Shown here one piece after another: positions 50,351 through 62,010 of a stretch of DNA of 64,000 nucleotides. Position 1 is the first letter of the stretch. Every line of letters begins with the position of its first letter. Below the pieces are notes generated by a model, which was not told the DNA's origin, did no database searches, and saw only the letters and a list, made by a program, of their open reading frames with translations. A program made the position numbers and the translations under genes. This DNA comes from Podarcis muralis (lineage: Eukaryota): the NCBI RefSeq assembly GCF_964188315.1, contig NC_135663.1:23312001-23376000 (forward strand), read 5' to 3'.

Positions 50351-50733
50351 AAGGTAAAAAAGGTAAAGGACCCCTGGACGGTTAAGCCCAGTCAAAGGCA
50401 ACTATGGGGTATGGCGTTCATCTCACTTTCAGGCTGAGGAAGCAGGTGTTTGTCCACAGACAGCTTTCTGGGTCATGTGGCCAGCATGACTAAATGTCTA
50501 CTGGCACATGGAGGACTGTGACGAGTGCCAGAGTGAACGGAAAATCCATTTACCTTCTCGCTGTGGTGGTACCTGTTTATCTACTTGCACTGGTGTGCTT
50601 TTGAACTGCTAGGTTGGCAGGAGCTAGGACAGAGCAATGGGAGTTCACTCTGTCTCAGGGATTTGAACCGCCAACCTTCTGATTGGCAAGCCCATGTGGC
50701 TCAGGAGTTTAGGCCACAGTGCCACCCGCATTC
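50351..50733 (-). mobile_element. Sauria-type SINE with 10-bp TSD overlapping a MITE end
   Basis: TSD ctgtattgta at 50341-50350 and 50734-50743. Confidence 0.9.
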
Positions 50734-52876
50734 CTGTATTGTATCTACTAACTGGCAGTGGCTCTCCAGGATTTCAGATAGGGAATATCATCAGCCCTAC
50801 CTGAAGATCCTGGGGATTGAACCAGATGCAGAGCAGAATCTCCTCCATTGAGCTGAAGTTCACAAACACTTATGCCACAACAATCTCACCCATCTGTAAG
50901 GCACCACAAGAGTCTTTGTTATATATGAGAGGCTCCTTCAATGCCCTGCTGAGGATGTTGCTGTCATTGGAGACTCCAGCGGCCACCAGACCACAACCAG
51001 TCACAACTTCTCCTCAGTATTTGCTCCCCCCCCCCCCCGCCGCCAAAAGAAAAAGAGATGAACTCTTGTCTCCCACTGGTTTCATAAAAGACATTTGCAC
51101 TCTGTATGACTGGACTGGATTTGATTACATATTTAAACTAAGCCTTTCTTTGTAATCCATGACAAACAAAACACCCAATTAATCATCATTCTCTTGGTAA
51201 CGTGGCCCCAATGGCAACAGATTCAGAACCACCACCATGAACAGGCCAACCGTCATCCCTACTTGGACTGTCCAACAATCCTTGCAATGCTGAAGCAATT
51301 AGAAACTTGACAGAGATGGTCCCTGATGGATGACCTGACAGTGGATGGCTCTGCTGTCTCCAAGTTCTATTATTAAGCACTAAGTCACGAGAGGGTGTGT
51401 GTCCATGGAGCTAGTCCCCAGCCTTATTTGCAGTTTCTCCTCAATTTCCACAGAGCTGGGGAAAAAGGACGTGTGAGATCATTTTATCTTCATTTGTGAC
51501 AAACGTGGGTGTGATCTGTGAGCTGTTGTAACTGCAGCATTTCAAGTGGGCATTATTTACTGATAGACAAATGCCGTCTGTTATGAAGAAGGTTGGTGGT
51601 ACACAAAGGGAGAGCTTTGTGTGTTGTGAAGACTGCAGGGGGTTTTGTGTGTTTGTCCAGAGACACCTGCCCCATTTTTCCATGCTGCAACAGTGCCAAG
51701 TGCAGTTATTTATTTCTTCCCCATGGGAATGAACTTATGTTCTTAACTGGCATTTCAGATGCATAGTGTCTCCAAAAGTGGCATCTGGTGGCCTCACCCT
51801 CCACGAATTTGTCTAATCCTCTTTTAAAGTCAATATGGAGTCTATCACTAGTAGCATGTTGCCCTTCAGAAGTGTGACTGGAAGAACGGACGGCAAATCC
51901 TAAGACAGTTATTTTAGAAGCCATTAAGCTTTTGCTCTTTGTATCAAAAGTTTGTGAAGACACGCCCTTAGACTGTGGCAAGTGTTTGAGCTCTTGCATT
52001 TGTTATGCTTTTGGGGGGGTATAATATATGGAGGTGATAAAGAGAAGATTGTTTCGAAAGGCCGTAAAAAGATTAATTAAATGTTTTTATTTCCAAGGGT
52101 GTGTATTTGAAAAATTAAGTGTTCCTCTTTGCAGGCCTTGTAAGTAGCAAGCTCATTATATTTATATGCATGACACCTGGCGGATTTTCCTTGATCCACC
52201 TTTGAACAATAACCTAACTTCTCTGCCCTCAGGAGATGGAGAACTCCCTGGATGTTATTCCTGGCACCAATGACCAAATTATTCCCCCCCCCCCTTTTTT
52301 TCTTTTTTGACAAGAGCTGCTTTGCAAACAGAAGTCATTTGATGCAGAGTTAGTATTTTCTTCTCCCTTTCACAACTCTCGCGGAATGCCAAGTTACCTT
52401 TAAAAAACAAAAACCTGATTCCTAAGGTGTGTGTGGTTTTTTAAAATATATATATATAGAGAGAGAGTACAAGTAAAGTAGCTGGTCTCTCTCTGTCAAG
52501 GTATTATGGCTGCATTTATCTCACCTCGATACTTGCCTTCCACTCCAAGGAGATTAGTCAGCTGTCAAAAAAGGTCTTTCAGCATCTTTTATAGAAGTCT
52601 CGCAAGGCTGAGGCTTGGCTTGTGAAAGCATGTAGGAGCTGGAACTGGCTCAAGGCCACCCCTCCCATTCTTTTGCTCAAACCAGCACGTTTCGGAGGCT
52701 TTCATGCCCTCACTTCACCAGCCAGCTACAAGAAGAAGAAGATCAGTCAGCTGCCGAGTTGTGATGCCAATGTAACCACAACAGGTCGACTGAGAAACAA
52801 GAGGGAGGGAACTCAGCGTGCTTGGCAAGTGAAATGGTGGTTTTGCTGCCCAGCATGAGAGTTTAAGCAACGTTAT

Positions 52877-52877
<1 letters not shown>

Positions 52878-52923
<46 letters not shown>

Positions 52924-53255
52924 ATAATAATAGTAATAATAATAGTTTATTTATACCCTGCCCATCTGGCTGGGTTTCCCCAGCTACTCTGGTTGGCTTT
53001 CAACAGAACATTAAAAACAGACTAAAACTTCAAACATTAAAAACTTCCCAAAACAGGGCTGCTTTCAGATGTCTTCTAAAAGCCAGACAGTTGTTTATTT
53101 CCTTGACATCTGGTGGGAGGGCGTTTCACAGGAAGGGCGCCACTACCAAGAAGGCCCTCTGCCTGGTTCCCTGTAACCTCACTTCTCGTATTGAGGGAAC
53201 CGCCAGAAGGCCCTTGGCGCTGAACAATGGGGGTGGAGACGCTCCTTCAGGTACT
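52878..53255 (-). mobile_element. L2 LINE 3' end (subfamily A) with compound microsatellite tail
   Basis: Homologous to the 31525 and 61305 copies. Confidence 0.88.
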
Positions 53256-53792
53256 CTGTGTGGAAGACCAAACCAAGGGTGCAGAGTAAGGCCCTAGCTG
53301 GTTGGGAGACAGGAAGGGGGTGGCTCAGATGCCGTTTGTATGGCATTACGGTGCTCTAGATGGAGACAGGTGAGTGAGCAGCAGTTGGTGAAGAGGGTCA
53401 GGTGATGCTGTGCACCTGGCCTCTTGGCCGTGGAGTTGTTGCTGCTTACTTAGAGGGAAAGGGCCCAGGTGACAGGGAGATCGCATCAGCGACTGGCTGA
53501 GCACCAGGTTAGCTCTGCTGATGTGCCCATACAGCATAACTTCACTGTATGGAAATGATATATAATGAATTGAATAAGTTGTTTAAAATAACATTTGTAA
53601 AAAAAAAACCCAGAAGCTTTCCTTTTGGGAATTATAGGGACAGATCTACCCAAACTGTAGAGAAATTTATTCGTGTATGCAACTATAGTGTCAAGAGTGT
53701 TACCCGCCCAAAAATGAAAAGAAGAAATCATCCCAGCGAAAGAAGAATGGATTCAAAAACTTATGGTATATGCAGAAACGGCGAAACTTACT

Positions 53793-53835
<43 letters not shown>

Positions 53836-53886
53836 GGTTTTGGTGTCCTCGGGTGTCTTCCCGTGTAAAAGTTGGGGTGTCTAGGC

Positions 53887-53920
53887 GACGTTTCGACGAG
53901 GTCTCACTCATCATCTTCAG
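53887..53920 (-). ncRNA. Mirror copy of hammerhead core
   Basis: Reverse-complement arm. The single difference converts one helix II C-G pair to U-G. Confidence 0.55.
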
Positions 53921-53989
53921 GCTGGTGCTTTCGGCTTCTTGTTACTTGTAACAGCTCTGTTCCAGTAACAAGAAGCCGAAAGCACCAGC

Positions 53990-54023
53990 CTGAAGATGAC
54001 GAGTGAGACCTCGTCGAAACGTC
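53990..54023 (+). ncRNA. Minimal type I hammerhead ribozyme core (PLE-associated)
   Basis: CUGAAGA-U-GACGAG-ugagac-CUCGUC-GAAA-C-GUC. Both conserved core boxes are present, with a 6-bp helix II, palindromic ACGU helix III and a GUC cleavage triplet. Helix I has only 2 clear bp. Confidence 0.6.
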
Positions 54024-55859
54024 GCCTAGACACCCCAACTTTTACACGGGAAGACACCCGAGGACACCAAAACCTGCATTCCTGTACCCGTGAAAATCTA
54101 CGAAAGCATATATATATATATATATATATCAAACTTTTTATAAAAGAATGGAAATGGGTTAATTGAATATGTACAAGCAAACTGTAAACAGATAAGAACA
54201 TTGGCAGGATTATTGTAATAACCTGCAGTTTTATAAGAGTATATATTTAAAGTAGATGAATAAATGAGCAAATTTAGTTAATTTGGATATGCAGAAAATA
54301 TTAAAAATAAATTTAAGGAGCCGCAGAAAGAGGGGGAAGGAAGTAAAGTTTTGAAATGTTAAAATGTTTCTAAAATTATTGAAATGTATAAAACTGAAAA
54401 TCATAAAACAACAACAAAAAACACACACACACATAAAGCATACCTCTGCCGGTTCCTTCCCCCGCAGCCTAAGGCTCTGTCATTTTGCCTCTCGTTGCTT
54501 TGCCCTCTTCATTTCTCTGCATGATTTAGGAGACCAAAGGGCAGGGAGCTGGTTGCAGCAGGAGGGGGAGACTCCCTGGCTTCTTCAGCAGCCTGCCTCA
54601 TCTCTGTCTCCTGGCCCCCCTCCGCTCCTGAACTGCTCTCTGCCAGTCTCTCCCTGCTCTGTTGCCTCTTCAGCTTCCAACACCACTTCCTCCCAGTTTT
54701 CTCCCTCTTGCCCCTCTGACCGCACACCTCTTTCCTACCACCAATCCCCTGGCTCTGAGCCTTCTTCCCTTGGGGGTTCTCCAGCTGGTGCCTCCCACCA
54801 CTCCTCAGCATCCAGCCAGTCCATGACACCTGTACTCCTCCGAGTCAGAAGAGGGCAATGTGGCACGCCCTGGACAGAGGGCTACTGGCACCATGGGATC
54901 TTTGTGCAGGAGTGTTTCCAATTGGTTAGGTGCTCCTGGGGCTGACTCAGAGTGCGATTCCTCAAGCCCTGAAGAAGGGAAGGCAGAGAGAGTCATGATA
55001 GGAAGGCCCTGCATGCTGAAAATGCCTGCTCGACCCTAATTAGTGTAGGCATCTAGGGGTCAAATGACCAGGTGGGAGGCACCAGCTGGAACGTCTCCCT
55101 CTCAGCCTTGCCACTGTGAAGCTTCATTGACCTCTGGCTCCGACGTATATCAGCGACTCAAGCTTGCAGACTTGAGCACACTTGACTCAGCAGTGTATAC
55201 TGCACAGCAGAAGAGGCTTGAGGCTGTAGACACATACTAAACTACGCATTTATTAAACATAAATCAGGACAAAGAAACATGTCATCTCTCCTTGCCATCT
55301 TCTCAGACAGAGAAAGCCAAAAACAACAGCTATATAGAGTGGAAGTTCCACTTGCGCCAGCAATCTGTGCTGGAATGTAAGCCGACATGTGGCATGCAAC
55401 AATCCCATGTCCGCAGCAAAAGGTGGAATAGAATCCCAACAATTAGATGTAACTATTTATACGTTTGTTTCTGTAGTATGCCTTTGCAAACATGTTGCTT
55501 CTATGGCTTCTCATTCACTCCAAGGGAGGTGAGTTTCCCCTGCAGGGAGTTTGGAATGAGCTGCAGTGGAAAACCTGCTTCTAGCACATTCCCTCCCTAA
55601 CGAAAGCTAAATAAATTAATCACCTGCAGAATTTGGAAACCTGACGAGCAAGGGCAATTCTCATCAACCCAAAGAGCTTTTCAGATTTCCTCCACTGGCT
55701 ATCAATTTTGACCGGCCATTCATAAAAGAGCTCTTCTTTCCATGTTTCCTCCGGCAGAAAGAAAGGAGGTATTGTTCCTGGCTAGGCCGTGCACAAGTGA
55801 TCTCTATTCAAGCTTCTTTTTTGGTCACCCGTAATCTAATGAACAAATTGAGAAGGAGC

Positions 55860-56031
55860 AATGCTCCAAGTGGTGCTTCTGAGCACCAGTTGCTGGAAAC
55901 CACAGGAGGGGAGAGGGCTCTTTTGCTCAGGTGCTGCTTGAGGATTTCCCACAGGTATCTCTTTGGCCACTCTGAGAACAGGATGCTGGACTAGATGAGC
56001 CATTGGCCTGATCCAGCAGGCTCATCTTATG
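55860..56031 (+). mobile_element. Older CR1-type 3' end
   Basis: Ends gctggactagatgagccattggcctgatccagcagg...cttatgt. A related inverted copy lies at ~49030-49200. Confidence 0.55.
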
Positions 56032-56254
56032 TAAAAGAGGATGTGGGGTGGCAGCCAGTCTGAACATCACTTTTATTTTGATTCTGAGAGAAAATTAGCT
56101 GTGTGGATCTTATCATCAGGAGAACCAGCATGGTGTACTGTAAGAGTATTGGATTAGAGCTGGGTTAGACTAGATACAGTTCTATGGTTCTATGTATTTA
56201 CTCTATGTACTGGTTACATTATATAGTTATATTATAGTGTTTTATATTTTAATA

Positions 56255-56358
56255 TTGTTGTTGTTTAGTCATTTAGTCGTGTCCGACTCTTCGTGACCCC
56301 ATGGACCAGAGCACGCCAGGCACTCCTGTCTTCCACTGCCTCCCGCAGTTTGGTCAAA
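56255..56358 (-). mobile_element. BovB (RTE) LINE 3' terminus
   Basis: Minus strand reads ...ggcgtgctctggtccatggggtcacgaagagtcggacacgactaaatgactaaacaacaacaa, matching the recalled BovB 3' end with (CAA)n tail. Confidence 0.82.
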
Positions 56359-56387
56359 ATATTTAATATAGTTATAATATATTAGTA

Positions 56388-56613
56388 CAGTGGTACCTCG
56401 GGTTAAGAACTTAATTCGTTCCAGAGGCCCATTCTTAACGTGAAACTGTTCTTAACCTGAAGCACCACCTTAGCTAATGGGGCCTCCCGCCACTGCTGCG
56501 CTGCCGCCGCACGATTTCTGTTCTCATCCTGAAGCAAAGTTCTTGACATGAGGCACTATTTCTGGGTTAGCGGTGTCTGTAACCTGAAGCGTATGTAACC
56601 TGAGGTACCACTG
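56388..56613 (+). mobile_element. Tigger/pogo-like MITE, family A
   Basis: TIRs, TA TSD. Confidence 0.88.
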
Positions 56614-56653
56614 TAATCATATATTATTATATGGTTTGTCATTATTCACAGTA

Positions 56654-56904
56654 CAGTCGTACCTTGGTTCTCGAATAGAATCCATTCCGAATGTCCATTC
56701 GACTTCTGAAAACGTTCGAAAATCAAGGCGTGGCTTCCAATCGGCTGCAGGAGCTTCCTCTACTCAGCTGGAAGCCGTGGACGTCACATCGGATGTTCGG
56801 CTTCCAAAAAATAATGGCAAAACAGAAGACTCACTTCCGGGTTTGTGGCATTCGGGAGCTAAAACGTCTGAGTACTAAGGTGTTTTACAAACAAGGTACA
56901 AATG
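56654..56904. mobile_element. Tigger-like MITE, different family
   Basis: Degenerate TIRs cagtcgtaccttggtt / aaacaaggtacaaatg, TA on both sides. Confidence 0.6.
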
Positions 56905-57461
56905 TAATGGAATAATAAACAGTTTAAACACATGAACTGTAAGTAAATGAACTCCTTGTGTATCTCAGTTTTCCACTCAGCCTAAAACAAGTCTGCAGTC
57001 ATGACAAACACCATCCCTCCAAAAGCACATTATCTCAAATGCTAAAAAAAATCTCCCTCTCCGTTCTGTCCCCATTGTGTGTCTGCAGTGCATCCCCCTC
57101 TGCCCTAAACTTCACAATGTGTCAGTCTCAAAAACAGGAGCCCACAACATAGACACAAAAGGAAACAACAGCAGAGTCAATAGCAGCAGCATCCCAGTCA
57201 AGTCCTGACTATCTACACCCCTGTCACGTAGAGCAAAACAAAAACCTTGCGGCTGCAAATTGCCTATTCCAGACGAACGGAGGGAAGAGTTTGGACAATG
57301 AATCCGGTTATCGCATCTCCTTAATGAGTTCAAATTTTAAGCTCTTAGCTCCTGGGACACAAGCTGAAACCTGGAGATGATTATCTGGCTGGTGCACAGT
57401 CTTCAAATAGGACTCGGCGATTGGCCAGCGTTCTTTGAAAACAAGAAGACAACAGGTTTTA

Positions 57462-57464
<3 letters not shown>

Positions 57465-57506
<42 letters not shown>
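57465..57506. repeat. (TC)21 microsatellite
   Basis: Read directly from the sequence. Confidence 0.97.
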
Positions 57507-57509
<3 letters not shown>

Positions 57510-58149
57510 CTCCAGCATGAGATATTGCCCACAACTGCATGGAGGTTTCTGAAAAAGTTCAGAAGTGCGCACATTAGATTTAGTTACTTACAGCAAGTTC
57601 TATACCTTATTGTAAGTAGACCACTGAGTGTAAATTAGAATTAAGCACAGAACTGAATAAAAAATCATGACCCTTTTTTACATGATTTCAATATGTTGTA
57701 TTTAAACAGTGATGCCCACTACAGCTGCTGTCATGCCAGCACCTAACACCACTGGTTCACTGAGAAAAAACAAGCACTAAGCCTGTCTGGCTATAAATGG
57801 CTCTATTTATTAAGGAGATAAGGGCAACTCTGCTTCTGTTGCAAGAAGAAACTAAGTCAGAGAGCCATTTTAAGTACAGGAAGCTTTCAGAATTTACATC
57901 CATTTAACTTAACCCAGCATTATGTTACCCCTATTCTAATCTCCGTTCAGGACCTACTAGTTTGGACTGAACTATGGGAGGGAGTAATCTATAGTTCTTG
58001 GATCCAGACATGGTCCAGCTGTGACCCAGTAACACTCAGGTAGATGGAGTCACCTGGAACTCCATTTCCCATGCTCCTTAGTGGCAACAGATGCTCTGCT
58101 CAGGCATTCAGTTCTTATGGAAGAGAAGTCTGTTGCTGCTGAAGCAGCG

Positions 58150-58470
58150 GTAGCTGGTGCTATCTTAAAGTTTTTCAGTGACCTTCATTTATCTAGCTTT
58201 TCTTTTGAAGATAACCAGGCCTTAAGTAAACCAATATCCATAGACATAGTCATTGAATATTTACAAAAGGCAAAAGAAAACAAAGCCCTAGGTCCGGCTG
58301 GGCTAGAAGAAGAATTTTATCAGTCCTTTAAAAACGAACTGGCTCTTATAGTTGCAGAATTGTTTAATGACTGCCTAGATAAGGATATCTTGTCTATAAG
58401 CTAGACTCGGGCACGAATAGTAGTGATATTAAAGGAGAGGGGAAACCCAGCTAAGGTGGATTTGTATAGG
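58150..58470 (+). pseudogene. L1/Tx1-clade LINE ORF2 fragment (region just before RT motifs)
   Basis: LQKAKENKALGPAGLEEEFYQSF...LFNDCL...S*TRARIVVILKERGNPAKVDLYRP matches the KAPGPDG..EFY...SW..A.I.LI.K...YRPISL motif series. The TAG at 58402-58404 replaces the conserved Trp. Confidence 0.85.
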
Positions 58471-59675
58471 CCTAACTCTCCATTGGGACCAGTAGGCCAG
58501 GAGATCAACCATAAGCGTAATCAGAGCCAATGACAGGCAGACTCCAATCTCCTAACTGGGTGCAAATGAGAAGACGGGCAGGTGGGGGTTGGCTGAGAGC
58601 AGGCTGAGGTTGGTGGTTGAGTTTCCTCATGAACCAGACTCCTCTGTGCTGATGTGCTCTGCACCAGCTCTCCCTGATGCCAATGCCCTAATAGTAAATA
58701 TGGGCAATAGGGGAGCAGAAGGGGCAACCAATGTAGTGTTTTTGAGGTATGGTTGGATTCCAGCTCCCATCAGCTCCAGAAAGTATGGCCAATGACTAGG
58801 GATTATGGGAGATGAAGTCCAGCAACACCCCAAGGGCACCATATTGGTGACTCCTGCCCGAGAGAGTGCTCTGAGGGAGCTGAGGAACATTGAGCTCATC
58901 ATGAGGTGGAAAAATGATGGTTTTTGTTGACACTTTTTCCAAGAAGTTCCAGGAGCATTTAAACTCTGAAAAAGTAACCAGGGAACTGACGTTCTTTCAT
59001 CCTCAGTGTTTCATGGGAAAATGATAGTAAGAAAATAGCTTTTTAAAAAAAATATATACCACTTCCTCCTCAGTTTAATAAAGATAATTGCAAGTGTTCA
59101 AGAAGGAACACAGGGCTACATTGTTGTGCTCTGTGCACTTGACAAACATCGTCGCCACCACAAAAAGAACAAATATTTTATGTCTCTGGCAAACAAATGA
59201 CAAGATATAATGAGTATGTATATTGACAGCATGAAGGTAATAATTACACATCTCCATTTTCTCTCAGAACTCGCCAACCTCAAACTAGCCACAATCTAGG
59301 CACCAGATTGTGCAGGGGGAAATTTTTGAAAGATGGGGGGAAAAGGAGAGGGAATGAACTACATGAGGTTGGCTACAAATTGCTATTTTCTTCCAGACCA
59401 AGATAATCTAGTTATTTGATAAGATAGTTGGTGTGGCAGATGTATGAACCGAATAGGGTTGCTTCCAGGATAGTGAGAGTGGATCTGCATTCATGAAATG
59501 GAATTTCCAAGAATTTTCTTTTGGGTTCAGGCCCTGAGAAACTGCGCCTGAGGACAGGGCACATTTTTATATGTAACTCTGTATTTTTGTAATATTTTGT
59601 CTCAGTTGCCTGTTGTTGCTTCAGTTCCCAGCACACCGCTTAGAGGTATTTGTAATATATTAAGCGGTATAGAAA

Positions 59676-60037
59676 GGGGACGCGGGTGGCGCTGTGGGTT
59701 AAAGCCTCAGCGCCTAGGACTTGCTGATCGAAAGGTCGGAGGTTCGAATCCCCGCGGTGGGGTGCGCTCCCGTTGCTCGGTCCCAGCGCCTGCCAACCTA
59801 GCAGTTCGAAAGCACCTTCAGGTGCAAGTAGATAAATAGGGACTGCTTACCAGCGGGAAGGTAAACGGCGTTCCGTGTGCTGCGCTGGCTCGCCAGATGC
59901 AGCTTTGTCACGCTGGCCACGTGACCCGGAAGTGTGTCCGGACAGCGCTGGCCCCCGGCCTCTAGAGTGAGATGGGCGCACAACCCTAGAGTCTGGCAAG
60001 ACTGGCCCGTACGGGCAGGGGTACCTTTACCTTTACC
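59676..60037 (+). mobile_element. Sauria-type SINE, distinct subfamily, CpG-intact, 15-bp TSD
   Basis: TSD taagcggtatagaaa at 59661-59675 and 60038-60052. Many CpGs retained. Confidence 0.93.
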
Positions 60038-61304
60038 TAAGCGGTATAGAAATTAAATAATCAATGCTTTGGAGGTTAACTGAAATTTCAACATGCTTGT
60101 GCAAACATGGCTTGGATTGCCAAACAACAACAACAACTTGGGACTGGCAAAACAAAATTCTCAATAAAGTGAGCACAGTCGTGGCTCTTTCCTTCTACGC
60201 TCCTCTTAGAAACAGATCTCAGAGTTTAAGCCTATGATTCCATTCTCCCAGCCTCTGCCAAGAGCCTTTTATCCTTTTATCAGGTACATCAGGCTTTCAG
60301 GCTGAGCAGAGGATCAGAGTAGGGAAAAAGGGACCCTATATAATTCTTCCCTGCTCTAACCTGGCTTTTCTCCTTGAGAGACAAAAGATACAGCTCTCTG
60401 GGCTTGTGATGCCAATTTTGAACAGGGAAATTGCCAGGAAGGAAAGAGTTCTGCAGTCCCTGCCTGTCTCACCCCAAGAGACTTTTCCTACTCAACCCAA
60501 AGCCTCCTGCAGCCGCTTTACCCAAAAAAAGTGAGCCTTTGTGGGCAGGGTGGGAGGCAACATTAAACTAGACATGCAAGGTGTGCTTCTAGCAGTAAAG
60601 TTCGGCAAAAGACAAGCCCCATGACCATCCCTTTGTTCATGACAGTTCTAGCAGATTTATCTCTCGGAGCAGCTCTTCAACTGATTGCAACTGAATAAAA
60701 AGGTTATTGTTTATTGTTCGAGATTTCTTAAGAGGGACTGGCAAGGGATGCGGGACTCCTGAGCAGGTTGCACAGCAACAAACAACTTCAAGTTTTGTCA
60801 TGCCGTGAAGAGTGTACAAGGGAGGCTTTGGCTAGGCGCTTGTTCTTCTGCCAAACACTAATGAGTTTTACCTTTTCCCCCATTGGGGTTTGTGCTGCGG
60901 CTTGATCTGAAAGCAGGCACACCTTCAACGAAGAGCAACATCGCCTCCTCACATAATTGTTGCAGGCTACAGTTCACCTGCTGTTCACAATGGAGCTTCT
61001 TTCTGCTAAGATCAGCTGGACATGAAAGGGCAACTGGCAATTTGAGTGTGGCGCTGAGAAACACTGGCCAAGGACATTCTCACACTGCATGGACAGATCT
61101 TAATTTTTAAGGAAGAGCCATGATGCTGGTTCCTAGTAATTCACAAGCCATTGAAAGTGAAAGGGACTTTAGGCTGCTGCGACTCCTTGTTTTTCATTTA
61201 TACCTGAACAAAATAATGTCAAACTGTGATCCTATGCATATTTGTTATCCATGCTATTTTTCTAGAAAAAGAGGTAGTGGAAGTCACCCTGAACGCTTCC
61301 CTTA

Positions 61305-61380
<76 letters not shown>

Positions 61381-61714
61381 TTATACCCCACCCATCTGGC
61401 TGGGTTTCTCTAGCCACTCTGGGTGGCTTCCAATAGAATATTAAAATACAATAACCTATTAAACATTAAAAGCTTCCCTAAACAGTTCAGCCTTCAGATG
61501 TCTTCTAAAAGTCAGATAGTTGTTGTTCTCTTTGACATCTGGTGGGAGGGCATTCCACAGGACGGGTGCCACGACCGAGAAGGCCCTCTGCCTGGTTCCC
61601 TGTAACTTGGCCTCTCGCAGCGAGGGAACCGCCAGAAGGCGCTCAACACTGGACCTCAGTGTCCGGGCAGAACGATGGGGGTGCAGACGCTCCTTCAGGT
61701 ATACTGGACCGAGG
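61305..61714 (-). mobile_element. L2 LINE 3' end (subfamily A) with compound microsatellite tail
   Basis: Homologous to the 31525 and 52878 copies. Confidence 0.88.
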
Positions 61715-61803
61715 CTGTTGCTGTCTTATAATAGCAATGTCACCCACCTGAGAGGTGTCAAACTCAGTTCCAGCGAATTCCGGCTTTAAAAAAGCTCTGC
61801 TTT

Positions 61804-62010
61804 GTTATTATTAATTATATTTCTATACTGCCCTTCATTCAAAGATCACAGGATGCTTTACAATAAACACAAAAATGCATACGAACAAAAACAATGACCT
61901 CCATCCCACTACAGTTTAAAAGGCCATAGATTGTTTCCTTAGCCAAAGGCCTGGGAGAAAAGGGATGCTTTTGCCTGGTGCCTAAAGATATGCAATGAAG
62001 GTGCCTGAGG
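61804..62010 (-). mobile_element. L2 LINE 3' end (subfamily B)
   Basis: Shares aagatcacagg...ttttgcctggtgcctaaagatatg with the 29674 copy. Confidence 0.7.

Larger units (their letters stand above)
53831..54107. mobile_element. Penelope-like element remnant: inverted pseudo-LTR pair inserted in (AT)n
   Basis: 116-bp arms at 53831-53946 and 53964-54079 are reverse complements with 1 mismatch and a 17-nt spacer. (AT)n lies on both flanks. The CTGAAGATG...CGAAACGTC signature is typical of PLE terminal repeats. Confidence 0.78.

Noticed and set aside
54364-54945. 193-aa Ser/Pro-rich ORF
   Set aside because: It is low complexity, starts in an AT-rich stretch, shows no recognisable domain or splice context, and is explained by local GC/pyrimidine skew.
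60870-61000. Possible minus-strand exon (cttagcag|...GGAAAAG|gtaaaa)
   Set aside because: The acceptor lacks a good polypyrimidine tract, the peptide is unrecognised, and there is no linked exon.
5157-61444. ORFs with poly-Ile, poly-Val, (IY)n, (RE)n or (LS)n runs
   Set aside because: They are translations of microsatellites.
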